DNA from: Pseudomonadota bacterium | GTDB taxonomy: Bacteria; Pseudomonadota; Gammaproteobacteria; JAKAQQ01 | Length of the DNA stretch: 64,000 nucleotides | Assembly (NCBI GenBank): GCA_021839245.1 | Contig: JAKCBQ010000005.1 | Span: forward strand, 4,043 to 68,042 | Direction: 5' to 3' | In this document: piece after piece, positions 1-11,904 of the stretch | Numbering within the stretch: the first letter of the stretch is position 1 | Layout: the number at the start of each line of letters is the position of its first letter | Made by a program: the position numbers and the translations under genes | The notes under the pieces: model-generated | What the model saw: only the letters and a program-made list of their open reading frames with translations | What the model was told of the DNA's origin: nothing | Databases searched by the model: none

Positions 1-110
1 CCGATACCCCGAGGCGCCTCTACCGCATTGCCCTTCTCAAGCGGCTCGATCGGATCATGCACGCCGTCGCTGCCCTGGAGAAGATCCACGTACCGAGTTC
101 CACTTCGTGA
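1..110 (+). CDS. glyS: Glycine--tRNA ligase beta subunit, C-terminal fragment (5' part lies outside the window)
   Basis: Frame-3 reading frame is open from the window edge to TGA at 108-110. The C-terminal peptide ...RRLYRIALLKRLDRIMHAVAALEKIHVPSSTS resembles GlyS C-termini. glyS-gmhB-plsC neighbourhood matches Pseudomonas PA0008-PA0005. Confidence 0.4.
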   Translation, partial: DTPRRLYRIALLKRLDRIMHAVAALEKIHVPSSTS

Positions 111-673
111 ATTCGCATATCGGGCAGCCCCGTCTCATCATCCTTGATCGTGACGGTGTCCTGAACGAGAATCGACCGGACTACGTCCTTCGCCCGGAAG
201 ACTGGATCCCCATTCCGGGGAGTCTTGAGGCGGTTGCCCACCTGCAGGCCCGCGGGCACACCGTTGTTGTTGCCACCAACCAGTCCGCGGTTGGTCGTGG
301 TCTTCTTACGCCAACCGCTCTCGAGGCCGTACATGCACGGATGCGTGTGCTTTTGGCAAGTGCCGGTGTGTCAGATATTGATGTCTATATCTGTCCGCAC
401 GGGCCGTCGGACGGTTGCGACTGCCGCAAACCGGCACCTGGGCTCTACCGTCGCATCCTGGCGGAACACCCTCATTCGCTTGAGCTAGTCGACGTAGTCG
501 GCGACGCGCGTCGCGATCTCGTTCCCGCCTGGACCCTTGGGCTCAGCGCTCATCTCGTGCGCAGCGGACTGGGTTGCTTGGCGGAGCACGAACTGAGCGA
601 CACCGAAAGGCTCAGGACCACCGTCCACAACAGTTTGGCCGATTACGCACGGAGAGTGACAGAGCCCCTGTGA
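107..673 (+). CDS. gmhB: D-glycero-beta-D-manno-heptose-1,7-bisphosphate 7-phosphatase (HAD-IIIA family)
   Basis: 188-aa ORF with the HAD motif LILDRDGVLN and a CxHxxxDxCxCRKP zinc-binding segment typical of GmhB. GTG start at 107 overlaps the glyS stop. Confidence 0.8.
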   Translation: MNSHIGQPRLIILDRDGVLNENRPDYVLRPEDWIPIPGSLEAVAHLQARGHTVVVATNQSAVGRGLLTPTALEAVHARMRVLLASAGVSDIDVYICPHGPSDGCDCRKPAPGLYRRILAEHPHSLELVDVVGDARRDLVPAWTLGLSAHLVRSGLGCLAEHELSDTERLRTTVHNSLADYARRVTEPL

Positions 674-1422
674 TGGCCTCGCGATTTTTGCTGTTCTTCC
701 GCTCGCTCATCCTTTTCGTGGGCATGATCACACTCATTCTTCCGTTCACCGGACTGATCATCGTGACCGTCGGTACGCGAAACGCACCACGACGGAGGCG
801 CCGGCTCGCCGCAATCTGCGGACACCTGTGTCTCCGCTGGTTTGCCTGCTCGGCGGGTCTCGACTATTCCATCGAGGGGTCGCAACAGTTGCCCGTCATG
901 GGTGATGTCCCCACCATTCTTTTCTGGAGACACGAGTCGGCATGGGAAACTTTTCTTTCGCTCACACTCTCCACCGACCCGACCTGGGTGCTTAAACACG
1001 AGTTGCTTTGGCTTCCCATCGTGGGGTGGGGCATCTTTCTCCTCGATCCCATCCCCATCGACCGCGCGTCAGGTCGAACAGCCGTGGCACGCGTTCTCAA
1101 GGTCGGCCGTCAGCAGCTCCTTGCCGGCCGCGTCCTCAATCTTTTCCCCGAAGGGACACGTCTGGCACCACAGGCCAGGCGCCGCTACGGCATGAGCGGG
1201 GCTCTGCTGGCCTCAGCGTTGGGCGCACGCATCATTCCGATCGCCCACGACGCAGGAACGTATTGGCCACGCCGCGGATTTTTTAAGCGCCCAGGACGTA
1301 TTCGTGTCCTGGTGGGTCCCCCTATCGACGTGGCTGTGGGCGACGCCCCTGAGTCAATTAATGCTCGTGTCACCGCCTGGATGGAGGGAGCCCTCGCCTC
1401 GCTCCGACCGGAGCAGCGTTAG
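673..1422 (+). CDS. plsC: 1-acyl-sn-glycerol-3-phosphate acyltransferase
   Basis: ATG at 673 overlaps the gmhB stop. Carries NLFPEGTR (FPEG acyltransferase motif) and an N-terminal membrane anchor. LPLAT family. Confidence 0.8.
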   Translation: MASRFLLFFRSLILFVGMITLILPFTGLIIVTVGTRNAPRRRRRLAAICGHLCLRWFACSAGLDYSIEGSQQLPVMGDVPTILFWRHESAWETFLSLTLSTDPTWVLKHELLWLPIVGWGIFLLDPIPIDRASGRTAVARVLKVGRQQLLAGRVLNLFPEGTRLAPQARRRYGMSGALLASALGARIIPIAHDAGTYWPRRGFFKRPGRIRVLVGPPIDVAVGDAPESINARVTAWMEGALASLRPEQR

Positions 1423-1441
1423 GTTTCACGGATCTTCGTGC

Positions 1442-4033
<2,592 letters not shown>

Positions 4034-5080
4034 CTAGGGGACGTTCCACGTGGAACATTCTCCAAGATCCTCCCTGCCTACAAGACCATTTTCCTGTGAG
4101 GTAAGGATCAATTGATGCCTCCCGCCTGTAATGAAGTCAAAAACTTCTTTCCTCGATGCAGGGTCAAGGTCCGATGGAAAATCATCGAAAAGGACATGCA
4201 CGTCCTTTCCCGTCATGTTCGAAACAGCATCCATTGCCGCCCACATTATTCCAACTGCAAGTCTCTTTTGCTGACCCCTTGAGAGATGGCCTCGTGTGTC
4301 AGAGGTGCCGTCGACACGGATCATAAAGGAGGAAAGTTGAGGACTAGAAAATAGCCTTGTTCCCTTGAGAATCGTCTCGCGAATTTTTTTGTAGTCGACC
4401 TTTGCATCGAAGCCTGCTGAGTAGGCGAAGACAATGCTTCGCCCTGGGAAAAGTTTTATGACATTTTGATCGAGCGTCGGTATAAGACTGGAGAAAGCCT
4501 GACTTCGGCTGATTTCAATGGCCTCCGCAGCATTTGCAGCCTGCCTCCACCAAGATTCTTCTCCTGGCATGGACAGCCTCACACATTCCTTCCACTGGAT
4601 GTAGGCTTTTCTGAAATTCCTAAGATTGGAGACGTGGTCACGTTCCACGTGGAACGCAACCCAATCCAGAACACCTCTTTTTCGTGCAGGCTCCCCTGAG
4701 ACAATATCCACAATATCCCTATTCAAATAAACAAATGGGAAACGCCTCGAAATATCAGAATGCGTGGTTGTTGCTGTATTCATTTCGAGCTCGGTCTTCC
4801 TTCTTGACCCATCGAAGAGAAACCTGATACTGGCATGCTTCTCGTTCTTCGAAGAAAAATCTATTCTCGATTCAAATGACTTTCTACCGTCAGAAATCAT
4901 CCTATTCAGGTGTCCCGTGCGAAAGGAACGCCCTCTCATCGTGGTATAGATTGCCTCAAGGAAAGTCGTCTTCCCAGATCCATTTGGCCCCTGTATGAGA
5001 AGGTCTCTCTGACTCAGATTAACGATCACGGGCTCGCGAAAGCAGCGGATCCCCTCCAGGGCGACCCGGATGAGTGCCAT
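4034..5080 (-). CDS. recF: DNA replication and repair protein RecF
   Basis: 348-aa ORF with Walker A GPNGSGKTTFLEAI and the SMC-like signature LSRGQQKRL. Located downstream of dnaN. Markedly lower GC (about 45%) than flanking DNA. Confidence 0.93.
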   Translation of the reverse strand: MALIRVALEGIRCFREPVIVNLSQRDLLIQGPNGSGKTTFLEAIYTTMRGRSFRTGHLNRMISDGRKSFESRIDFSSKNEKHASIRFLFDGSRRKTELEMNTATTTHSDISRRFPFVYLNRDIVDIVSGEPARKRGVLDWVAFHVERDHVSNLRNFRKAYIQWKECVRLSMPGEESWWRQAANAAEAIEISRSQAFSSLIPTLDQNVIKLFPGRSIVFAYSAGFDAKVDYKKIRETILKGTRLFSSPQLSSFMIRVDGTSDTRGHLSRGQQKRLAVGIMWAAMDAVSNMTGKDVHVLFDDFPSDLDPASRKEVFDFITGGRHQLILTSQENGLVGREDLGECSTWNVP

Positions 5081-6195
5081 CAGATGCGAAGGGGCATAAT
5101 CACGCTCTTCTGCTCTCCCTTGCTTGTGCCCGGCTCAAGAATGCTGCTTGCGGCTGCCGTTGTCATTCGAAAAACTCCTCTCTCATCTCTTATGCTGGCC
5201 AATGCCTCGAGTATGTAGTCTGCGTTGAAGGAAATCTCAATGTCTTCTCCCTGTTGCTCGACATCGACTGTTTCCTCCGATATGTCGTTCTGTTTGTTCT
5301 TGGCCAACACACGTAGGACACTGCTGGAAAGAAGAAAGTTGACAGCACCATACTTTTCTCCGACGAGAGCACGCGCATGCTTGACGGATTCCTTTAAGTC
5401 GTTAATATTGAAATAAAAAAACTTATCTGGCGCGACGGGGATCACCCTTTCGTAGTCCGGGTAATCCTTGCCAGGCATGATGCGACTGGAGAGCCTCAGG
5501 TCTCTTGTCAGAAACCTAACGGTATTTTCGCTAAGAGCGATTGTGACCGTTGTGTCCGTTAGCGTAGCCAGAATTTTTTCCATTTCCAGGACGGCCTTGC
5601 GGGGAAGTATGAGGTTGGCACTTTCTCCCGTACTTTTGACTTCGGCTTCATCCATCGAGAGTCTGTGTCCATCCGTTGCGACCGCACGTAATTTTCCATC
5701 TCGCAGGACGAGGAGCATGCCGTTGAGATAGTGTCTCGAGTCGTTCTGGGCCATGGCATATGATGTGGCACGAAAGAGAGAGAGAAGTCGCTCTGACGAA
5801 ATTTCGAGCGTGCCCCTTGGCTCCTCTGCCCTCATGACAGGGAAGTCCTCTGCCGGAAGAGTGGCGATAACGAAACGGCTCTTGCCGCTGTGCATCTGGA
5901 TGCGGTCTTGGCCCTGATCCTGTCGAAGCTCAAAGACCGCTTCTTCAGGGAAACTTCTCAGGATTTCATAAAACTTCCTTCCTTGGACGAGGACTTGGAA
6001 CTCCTCACCCGTAACATCGAGAGACTGCTGCGCCTCCAGCTCGACCTCGCTGTCGGTCGCACAGGCTTTGAGGTGAGATCCCTTTTTGTAGAGAAGAACA
6101 TGACTCAGTACGGGAAGTGGTGCACGGGTATCAACGACACCAAGGACATGTTGGAGAATTCGGCTGATCTGAGAGTTGACGATATTCATCCGCAT
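5080..6195 (-). CDS. dnaN: DNA polymerase III beta sliding clamp
   Basis: 371-aa ORF with three-domain beta-clamp architecture. The N-terminus MRMNIVNSQISRILQHV is DnaN-like. Stop overlaps the recF start by 1 bp. GC about 48%. Confidence 0.95.
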   Translation of the reverse strand: MRMNIVNSQISRILQHVLGVVDTRAPLPVLSHVLLYKKGSHLKACATDSEVELEAQQSLDVTGEEFQVLVQGRKFYEILRSFPEEAVFELRQDQGQDRIQMHSGKSRFVIATLPAEDFPVMRAEEPRGTLEISSERLLSLFRATSYAMAQNDSRHYLNGMLLVLRDGKLRAVATDGHRLSMDEAEVKSTGESANLILPRKAVLEMEKILATLTDTTVTIALSENTVRFLTRDLRLSSRIMPGKDYPDYERVIPVAPDKFFYFNINDLKESVKHARALVGEKYGAVNFLLSSSVLRVLAKNKQNDISEETVDVEQQGEDIEISFNADYILEALASIRDERGVFRMTTAAASSILEPGTSKGEQKSVIMPLRI

Positions 6196-6267
6196 GGGAG
6201 AGCCTCATAAGAATGTAACGGGTATCAGTAAAGATTTACCTGTAGAAACGTTAGCTGTAGTGGAATC

Positions 6268-6398
6268 TGTGGGTAACTAGGAGGACAGCGTAGAGGATCG
6301 GTTGTTTGCATGGTTGTGTTCAACGTGATGGATGTGGAAAATCTGTGAATATCCTGAAGGGTAATGGGGCCAACCGACATAGAAAAAACTTATTCACA
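6268..6398. promoter_or_regulatory. Cluster of DnaA boxes in the dnaA-dnaN intergenic region
   Basis: Matches to TTWTNCACA: ttattcaca at about 6390-6398 (perfect), tgtggaaaa (rc ttttccaca) at about 6333-6341 (perfect), tgtgggtaa at about 6268-6276 (one mismatch), tgtgaatat at about 6344-6352 (one mismatch). AT-rich context. Confidence 0.5.
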
Positions 6399-6403
6399 GC
6401 TTG

Positions 6404-7741
6404 TCAGCCAGTGATTATACGAAGCAGATTTTGATAATCCTCCTGGACCTTGGGGTCAGATTTGCGTAATTCCTTGATCTTCTTGGAGGCATGAAGGACG
6501 GTGGTGTGATCGCGGCCGCCGAAAGCGTCACCGATTTCCGGTAGGCTGTGATGGGTGAGCTCCTTCGAAAGAGCCATGGCCATCTGTCGTGGCCGAGCCA
6601 CAGAACGGCTTCGGTTCTTCGAGTTGATGTCCGAAATTCGTATGCGATAGTAGTTGGCGACAGTCTTCTGTATGTTGTCGAGGCTGATGAGCCTTTGCTG
6701 CAAGGAAAGCAGGTCGTGAAGAGCCAGTTTGGTCGTTTCGATATCAATGGGCTGGGAAGTGAATCGGGCGTGGGCGATTACGCGGTGGAGCGCTCCCTCC
6801 AGTTCGCGTACGTTAGAGCGAATCCTCTCCGAAATAAAAAAAGCGACCTCGTGTGGTAGGCACAGACCGAGTCGTTCAGCCTTGGCCGAGAGAATCGCAA
6901 CGCAAGTCTCGACCTCGGGGGGTTCGATGGCCACGGTAAGTCCCCAGCCAAAGCGGGATTTGAGGCGCTCTTCAAGACCATCAACTTCTTTCGGATAGCG
7001 ATCGCAGCTGAGGACCACCTGCTGACGGGCCTCGAGAAGGGTATTGAAGGTGTGAAAAAACTCTTCCTGAGTTCTCTCTTTCCCCGAGAAGAACTGAATA
7101 TCGTCAATGAGAAGCATGTCGAGGGAACGGTAACGTCGCTTGAATTCCCCCATCGTGTTGCTTTGCAGGGCGACGACCATGTCACCCACAAAGCGCTCCG
7201 AATGAACATAGGCCACACGACGGGTGGAATCTTTGCCGAGAAAATGTTGACCAATTGCGTGCATGAGATGCGTTTTGCCCAGACCGACACCGCCATAGAC
7301 AAACAGGGGGTTGTAAGCCTTGCCCGGGTTATCGGCAACGGTGTAAGCCGCCGCACGCGCGATCCTATTGCACCCACCTTCGACGAAGTTGGCAAAGATG
7401 TAATCGGTATTAAGCGGACTTCCCGGGATCGGGAACGGAGCGTTCGTGTCGCCCTTGCGAGTGGCTTGGCCGCGCACCCGAGCTGGTGTCTTTTCGTTCG
7501 AGCCGACGACGACGGAGACGTCGAGAATTTGACCTGCGACGTGAGAGACGACCGCATGCAGTCGTTGGAGGTAGTTCTCGCGAACACGGTCCGCGACCAG
7601 AGCGTTCGGCGCCTGCAGAGAAAAAGTTCCGTCGGAAAGGCGGGCCTGGAGCGGTCGCAGCCAAAGTGTGATTTCCCGCTCCCCGACATCCCGTTCGAGG
7701 ATGCGAAGACATTCGTTCCAGAGCAGACGGGAATCGGTCAC
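6404..7741 (-). CDS. dnaA: Chromosomal replication initiator protein DnaA
   Basis: AAA+ Walker [11 protein letters not shown] and a C-terminal DNA-binding domain. About 65% identical to Pseudomonas DnaA from memory. The ORF extends to a TTG at 7810, but the alignment (MSLSLWQQCL versus [12 protein letters not shown]) favours the GTG at 7741. Confidence 0.9.
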   Translation of the reverse strand: MTDSRLLWNECLRILERDVGEREITLWLRPLQARLSDGTFSLQAPNALVADRVRENYLQRLHAVVSHVAGQILDVSVVVGSNEKTPARVRGQATRKGDTNAPFPIPGSPLNTDYIFANFVEGGCNRIARAAAYTVADNPGKAYNPLFVYGGVGLGKTHLMHAIGQHFLGKDSTRRVAYVHSERFVGDMVVALQSNTMGEFKRRYRSLDMLLIDDIQFFSGKERTQEEFFHTFNTLLEARQQVVLSCDRYPKEVDGLEERLKSRFGWGLTVAIEPPEVETCVAILSAKAERLGLCLPHEVAFFISERIRSNVRELEGALHRVIAHARFTSQPIDIETTKLALHDLLSLQQRLISLDNIQKTVANYYRIRISDINSKNRSRSVARPRQMAMALSKELTHHSLPEIGDAFGGRDHTTVLHASKKIKELRKSDPKVQEDYQNLLRIITG

Positions 7742-8049
7742 AGGGCTTGGCGAGACGGGCCGGGGGTGGAAGTGTAGACCCTTACCCGATGGCGGGCAAG
7801 TCGGGACCAAGTGCGCTTGGACATCTCGAAGCTAACACGCGAAGGATCCTTGTGAAAACGAGAGAAGAGCGAAGGTTAGGCCTCGACACGGAGGGAGGCC
7901 ACATCACGTGCGGTGGCGCGCTCGACAGTGGCACGCAGGTCAATCATGATGTAAAATTCGCGTCCCGTGGAATAGTTTCCGGCGCCCACACAAAGAAAAG
8001 TGAGGATGCCTCTGGCGGAAGTCGAGTTATTGAGATTGAGGATGAGGAC

Positions 8050-8184
8050 ATGAAACGCACCTACCAGCCCAGCCGGTTGCATCGAGCCCGCACGCACGGA
8101 TTTCGTGCGCGCATGGCGACTCGGCAAGGACGTGCTGTCCTTAGTGCCCGGCGGAGCAAGGGGCGCAAACGTCTCATTCCCTGA
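8050..8184 (+). CDS. rpmH: 50S ribosomal protein L34
   Basis: [44 protein letters not shown], 44 aa. Near-universal L34 sequence. Confidence 0.95.
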   Translation: MKRTYQPSRLHRARTHGFRARMATRQGRAVLSARRSKGRKRLIP

Positions 8185-8203
8185 CCGACAACGGCCCTTA
8201 GCC

Positions 8204-8575
8204 GTGGTCGGATCCTTGCGGAAGACGTGGAAGAGTCTGCGGGGAAAGAAAGAGTTCGACAGCGTTTTCGACGCCGGCAACCGGCAGACGGGACGCTACT
8301 TCACGCTGTTCCTGGTTACTGGAACGGGCGGTGGGCCGAGGCTCGGCCTGATCGTTTCGAAGAAAGTGGCGCGTGCCGCCACGAGGAGAAACATGATCAA
8401 GCGCATCGTCCGGGAGAGTTTTCGGCACGCCGATCTGGCCCGCTCTCAGGGATTCGATCTCGTCGTTCTGGCACGACCGTCGCTGTCCGCTGCTCGGCGT
8501 GAGGAGATTCGGGCGAGCATCGATCGACAAATCGCTCATGCTGCCGCAAGGATTTGCCCAGGAAAACAAGCGTGA
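8204..8575 (+). CDS. rnpA: Ribonuclease P protein component
   Basis: Follows rpmH. RnpA core motifs (RLGLIVSKKVARAATRRNMIKRIVRESFR). GTG at 8204 chosen to give a protein of about 123 aa. The ORF tool allows a longer 8105 start. Confidence 0.8.
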   Translation: MVGSLRKTWKSLRGKKEFDSVFDAGNRQTGRYFTLFLVTGTGGGPRLGLIVSKKVARAATRRNMIKRIVRESFRHADLARSQGFDLVVLARPSLSAARREEIRASIDRQIAHAAARICPGKQA

Positions 8576-8823
8576 TGCGTCGTCTGCTCCTGAGCCTTAT
8601 CGCTTTTTACCGGCGTTGGATTTCTCCTGCGACCGGGACGCGCTGCCGCTTCGAGCCCACCTGCGCACGCTACGCGGAAGAAGCGATCATCCTACACGGC
8701 GTGATTGTGGGTTCACTACTCACAGTCGCAAGGCTCTTGCGCTGTCACCCGCTCTGTCGCGGCGGGCACGATCCCGTGCCTGAGGAAAGGTTCGCCTGGC
8801 CCGGGAGACGATCCAGTGGATAA
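8575..8823 (+). CDS. yidD: Membrane protein insertion efficiency factor YidD
   Basis: 82 aa. MRRLLLSLIAFYRRWISPATGTRCRFEPTCARYAEEAI is the canonical YidD motif. ATG overlaps the rnpA stop. Confidence 0.85.
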   Translation: MRRLLLSLIAFYRRWISPATGTRCRFEPTCARYAEEAIILHGVIVGSLLTVARLLRCHPLCRGGHDPVPEERFAWPGRRSSG

Positions 8824-10486
8824 CCGAAGGGTTTTGCTTCTTTTCGCGCTCGTCGCGGTCCTCTATCTACTTTGGAATGCATGGGAAAACCAGTTCCATC
8901 CGGTTCTGCCTCAATCGCAAGCGCGAGTCGTTGCATCCCGGACGCATCCAGCGTCTGCTCTTCCCTCTTTACCGCCGCCACCCGAGAGCTCCGCTGCAAG
9001 CAGCTTGCCCGTGCAACGGTCGCCGGTCCCGCTCCCCCGTACAGGTTACGTGCGGGTGCGTACACGTGTTCTTCGTGCTCGTATTGCGCTGAGGGGCGGT
9101 GGGCTTGAGCGAGTTGCGCTCCTTGCTTACCGTCAAGGGCTTTCCTACCGCAGCCCACCAGTCACGCTTCTTGACAGCCATGGCCATGGGTGGATGGTCG
9201 TCACGAGCGGTCTTGAATCAAGCAATACGGCGCCTGCCCCCGGGAGCGATGCGGTTTACGCCGCGCCTTTCCATCACGCCCTCTGCCTGAAGGACTGTCG
9301 GCGCCTTGTGGTTCCCCTCGTCTGGCGAGGACCGAAAGGGTTGCGCGTCGTCAAGGAGTACGTCTTCCGCCCCGACGGGTACGTGTTGCGTGTTCGTTAC
9401 ATCGTCCGCAACGGAGGGGGGCAAAGCTGGCGGGCGGCGCCCTATGTTCTCCTCCGACGCGCTCATGTGCGCCATAACTACTCATTTTTTAATCCCCGTC
9501 ACCTTGTCTACAGCGGACTCGGGTACGACGCCCGGGGGGCCTACCACAAAATTTCCTACGATCATCTGCGCCATCATCCTTTCGAAAAGACCCTCCGCTC
9601 GGGCTGGATCACTTACGTCGACAACTACTTCTTGGCCACAATGATTCCTCCCCGTGGGGAGCCGTGGCGGTACTTCGCGCGAGCTCTGCGACGGGGGATC
9701 TACGAGGCTGGTGTGGTGGGGCCGGTCCTGACGGTGCCTGCGCACGCCACGGGCAGGTTTGGTCTTCGTCTCTATCTCGGGCCCAAGCTTCAACGACATC
9801 TTGCTGCCGTGGCCCCGGCACTGCGCCAGACGGTCGACTACGGGTATATGACCATCCTGGCCGTGCCTCTTTACGATCTTCTGGCCTTTATCGAGCGGAT
9901 CGTCGGTAACTGGGGATGGGCCATCGTTCTTCTGACCCTGCTCATCAAGGCACTTTTCTTTCCCCTGCAGAGGATGAGCGGGACGTCGATGGCACGCATG
10001 CGTGCGCTTCAGCCGAGGATGCGTGCGCTTCAGGAACGATACGCCGAAGACAAGACGCGTTTAACGCAGGCCATGATGGAGCTCTACAAAAAGGAGAAAG
10101 TCAATCCGGCGAGCGGCTGTTTACCAATGCTGGTCCAGTTTCCAATCTACATCGCTCTCTACTGGGTGCTTCTCTTCAGCGTCGAGTTGCGTCACGCCCC
10201 CTTCATTCTTTGGATCCGTGATCTTTCGGCTCCAGACCCGTATTACATACTGCCCGTGCTTTATGCCGTGACGCTGGCGGCGTATCAGAGACTCGTTCCA
10301 CAGATGACGACCGATCGCCTGCAGGCACGGCTGATGACGATCGTCGTCCCCATCGCCGTGGCTGGGATTTCTCTCCTCATGCCGGCCGGTCTCGTGGTCT
10401 ACTGGTTTGTGGGGGGGGTGTTCAACATCCTCCAGCAATGGCACATCAATCGGCTCGTGGGCGTGACGAGAGCACGGCAGACGTGA
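8816..10486 (+). CDS. yidC: Membrane protein insertase YidC
   Basis: About 556 aa. Large periplasmic domain followed by the conserved 5-TM core (NPASGCLPMLVQFPIYIALYWVL). GTG start at 8816 overlaps the yidD stop. Confidence 0.9.
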   Translation: MDNRRVLLLFALVAVLYLLWNAWENQFHPVLPQSQARVVASRTHPASALPSLPPPPESSAASSLPVQRSPVPLPRTGYVRVRTRVLRARIALRGGGLERVALLAYRQGLSYRSPPVTLLDSHGHGWMVVTSGLESSNTAPAPGSDAVYAAPFHHALCLKDCRRLVVPLVWRGPKGLRVVKEYVFRPDGYVLRVRYIVRNGGGQSWRAAPYVLLRRAHVRHNYSFFNPRHLVYSGLGYDARGAYHKISYDHLRHHPFEKTLRSGWITYVDNYFLATMIPPRGEPWRYFARALRRGIYEAGVVGPVLTVPAHATGRFGLRLYLGPKLQRHLAAVAPALRQTVDYGYMTILAVPLYDLLAFIERIVGNWGWAIVLLTLLIKALFFPLQRMSGTSMARMRALQPRMRALQERYAEDKTRLTQAMMELYKKEKVNPASGCLPMLVQFPIYIALYWVLLFSVELRHAPFILWIRDLSAPDPYYILPVLYAVTLAAYQRLVPQMTTDRLQARLMTIVVPIAVAGISLLMPAGLVVYWFVGGVFNILQQWHINRLVGVTRARQT

Positions 10487-11832
10487 GATCAGCGCGGGCG
10501 ACCATCGTCGCCCAATCGACTCCCGTTGGGGTGGGGGCGATCGGCATCGTGCGCCTGAGCGGGCCGGAAGCGCAGAACCTGGCGGCACGGTTGGTGTCGC
10601 CACTTCCTCCTCCGGGGCGTGCGGAGTTGTGCCTCGTACGAGACGAGGACGGCCAACCCATCGACCGTGGCTTGGTGATGGTTTTTCGTGCACCACGGTC
10701 GTATACGGGTGAAGATCTCGTCGAGTTCCATCTCCACGGCAACCCGGTCCTTCTTGCACGTCTTCTCGATGCGCTCGTGACTCTCGGGTGTCGGCCCGCC
10801 GAGCCGGGTGAGTTCACCCGACGGGCGTTCATCAACGGCAAGCTGGATCTTGCACAGGCCGAAGCCGTCGCCGATCTCATCGAAGCCCGTGACCGCGCTG
10901 CGGCCCGGGCGGCCCTTCGTTCGCTCGAGGGGGATTTCTCTCGTTGTGTGCGCGATCTTGACGCGCTTCTGCGTGAAGGACGCGTCTACGCCGAAGCGGA
11001 GCTGGATTTTGCGGACCAGGACGTCGACGACGGTCTCGCCATCGAACTGGAGCGGATCTTGACTGAAGCGCGGGCCCAGCTCGAGCATTTATGTCGCAAC
11101 GGTCGCCGAGGCGAAAGCCTGAGAACCGAACCACGCATCCTGCTTCTCGGGCGGCCGAACGTGGGAAAATCGAGTCTTTTTAACCGTCTTGTGGGTCGGG
11201 AGCAAGCCATCGTCACCCCCGTAGCGGGCACGACGCGCGACCTTCTTGAAGCGGAGGTTCTCTGGGGAGAGTTTCGCGTCTGCCTATGCGACGGCGCGGG
11301 ACTTCGCACGACCGATGAACCGATTGAGCGCGAGGGTGTGGCCCGTGTCTGGCGTGAAGTCGATCGTGCCGATCTCCTTGTCTACGTTCTTGACGCCAGT
11401 GTCGGGTGGACCGAAGAGGACCGCGAGCAGTACCAGCGGCTCGAGCGTACGCGCCGACTTGCGGTCGCGAACAAATCCGATCTCGGAGGCACGATCGACG
11501 AAGGGGAGGATGGCCCTGTTTTTGCGGTTTCAGCGCTCCGTGGAGAAGGCCTCGAGACATTGGTGATTGCGCTGCGTGTCCGCTTGGCTCGTGATCCGTT
11601 GGTAACCGGGGAGGAGGGGGTCTATCTCGCCCGACGACGTCACCTGACAGCGCTTGACGAAGCAGCCGAGCATCTCGCGAATGCCAGCGCGCTGCTCAAA
11701 AAGGAGGGGAAGGCGGATCTCCTCGCCGAAGAGATCCGATGGGCGCAGAAAGCCTTGGGTGCGATTCTCGGGGAAGACGCCGACCATCAGCTCCTCGACG
11801 ATGTCTTCCGCCGTTTTTGTATCGGCAAATAA
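10483..11832 (+). CDS. mnmE: tRNA modification GTPase MnmE
   Basis: N-terminal TIVAQSTPVGVGAIGIVRLSG, G-domain GRPNVGKSSLFN, C-terminal CIGK tetrapeptide. Confidence 0.9.
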   Translation: MRSARATIVAQSTPVGVGAIGIVRLSGPEAQNLAARLVSPLPPPGRAELCLVRDEDGQPIDRGLVMVFRAPRSYTGEDLVEFHLHGNPVLLARLLDALVTLGCRPAEPGEFTRRAFINGKLDLAQAEAVADLIEARDRAAARAALRSLEGDFSRCVRDLDALLREGRVYAEAELDFADQDVDDGLAIELERILTEARAQLEHLCRNGRRGESLRTEPRILLLGRPNVGKSSLFNRLVGREQAIVTPVAGTTRDLLEAEVLWGEFRVCLCDGAGLRTTDEPIEREGVARVWREVDRADLLVYVLDASVGWTEEDREQYQRLERTRRLAVANKSDLGGTIDEGEDGPVFAVSALRGEGLETLVIALRVRLARDPLVTGEEGVYLARRRHLTALDEAAEHLANASALLKKEGKADLLAEEIRWAQKALGAILGEDADHQLLDDVFRRFCIGK

Positions 11833-11904
11833 ACCGTCCCCAACCGTCCGTGGGAGAGGGAGGCCGTACAATGATTTGTCATGAGGTACACGGGGTAGAT
11901 CGAG

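Noticed and set aside
7742-8049. rpmH-dnaA intergenic region as the expected Pseudomonas-type oriC.
   Set aside because: Scanned by eye for TTATCCACA/TGTGGATAA and relatives. Only weak matches (cgtggaata, tgtgaaaac) and the region is GC-normal. Not called as oriC. The DnaA boxes are instead reported in the dnaA-dnaN spacer.
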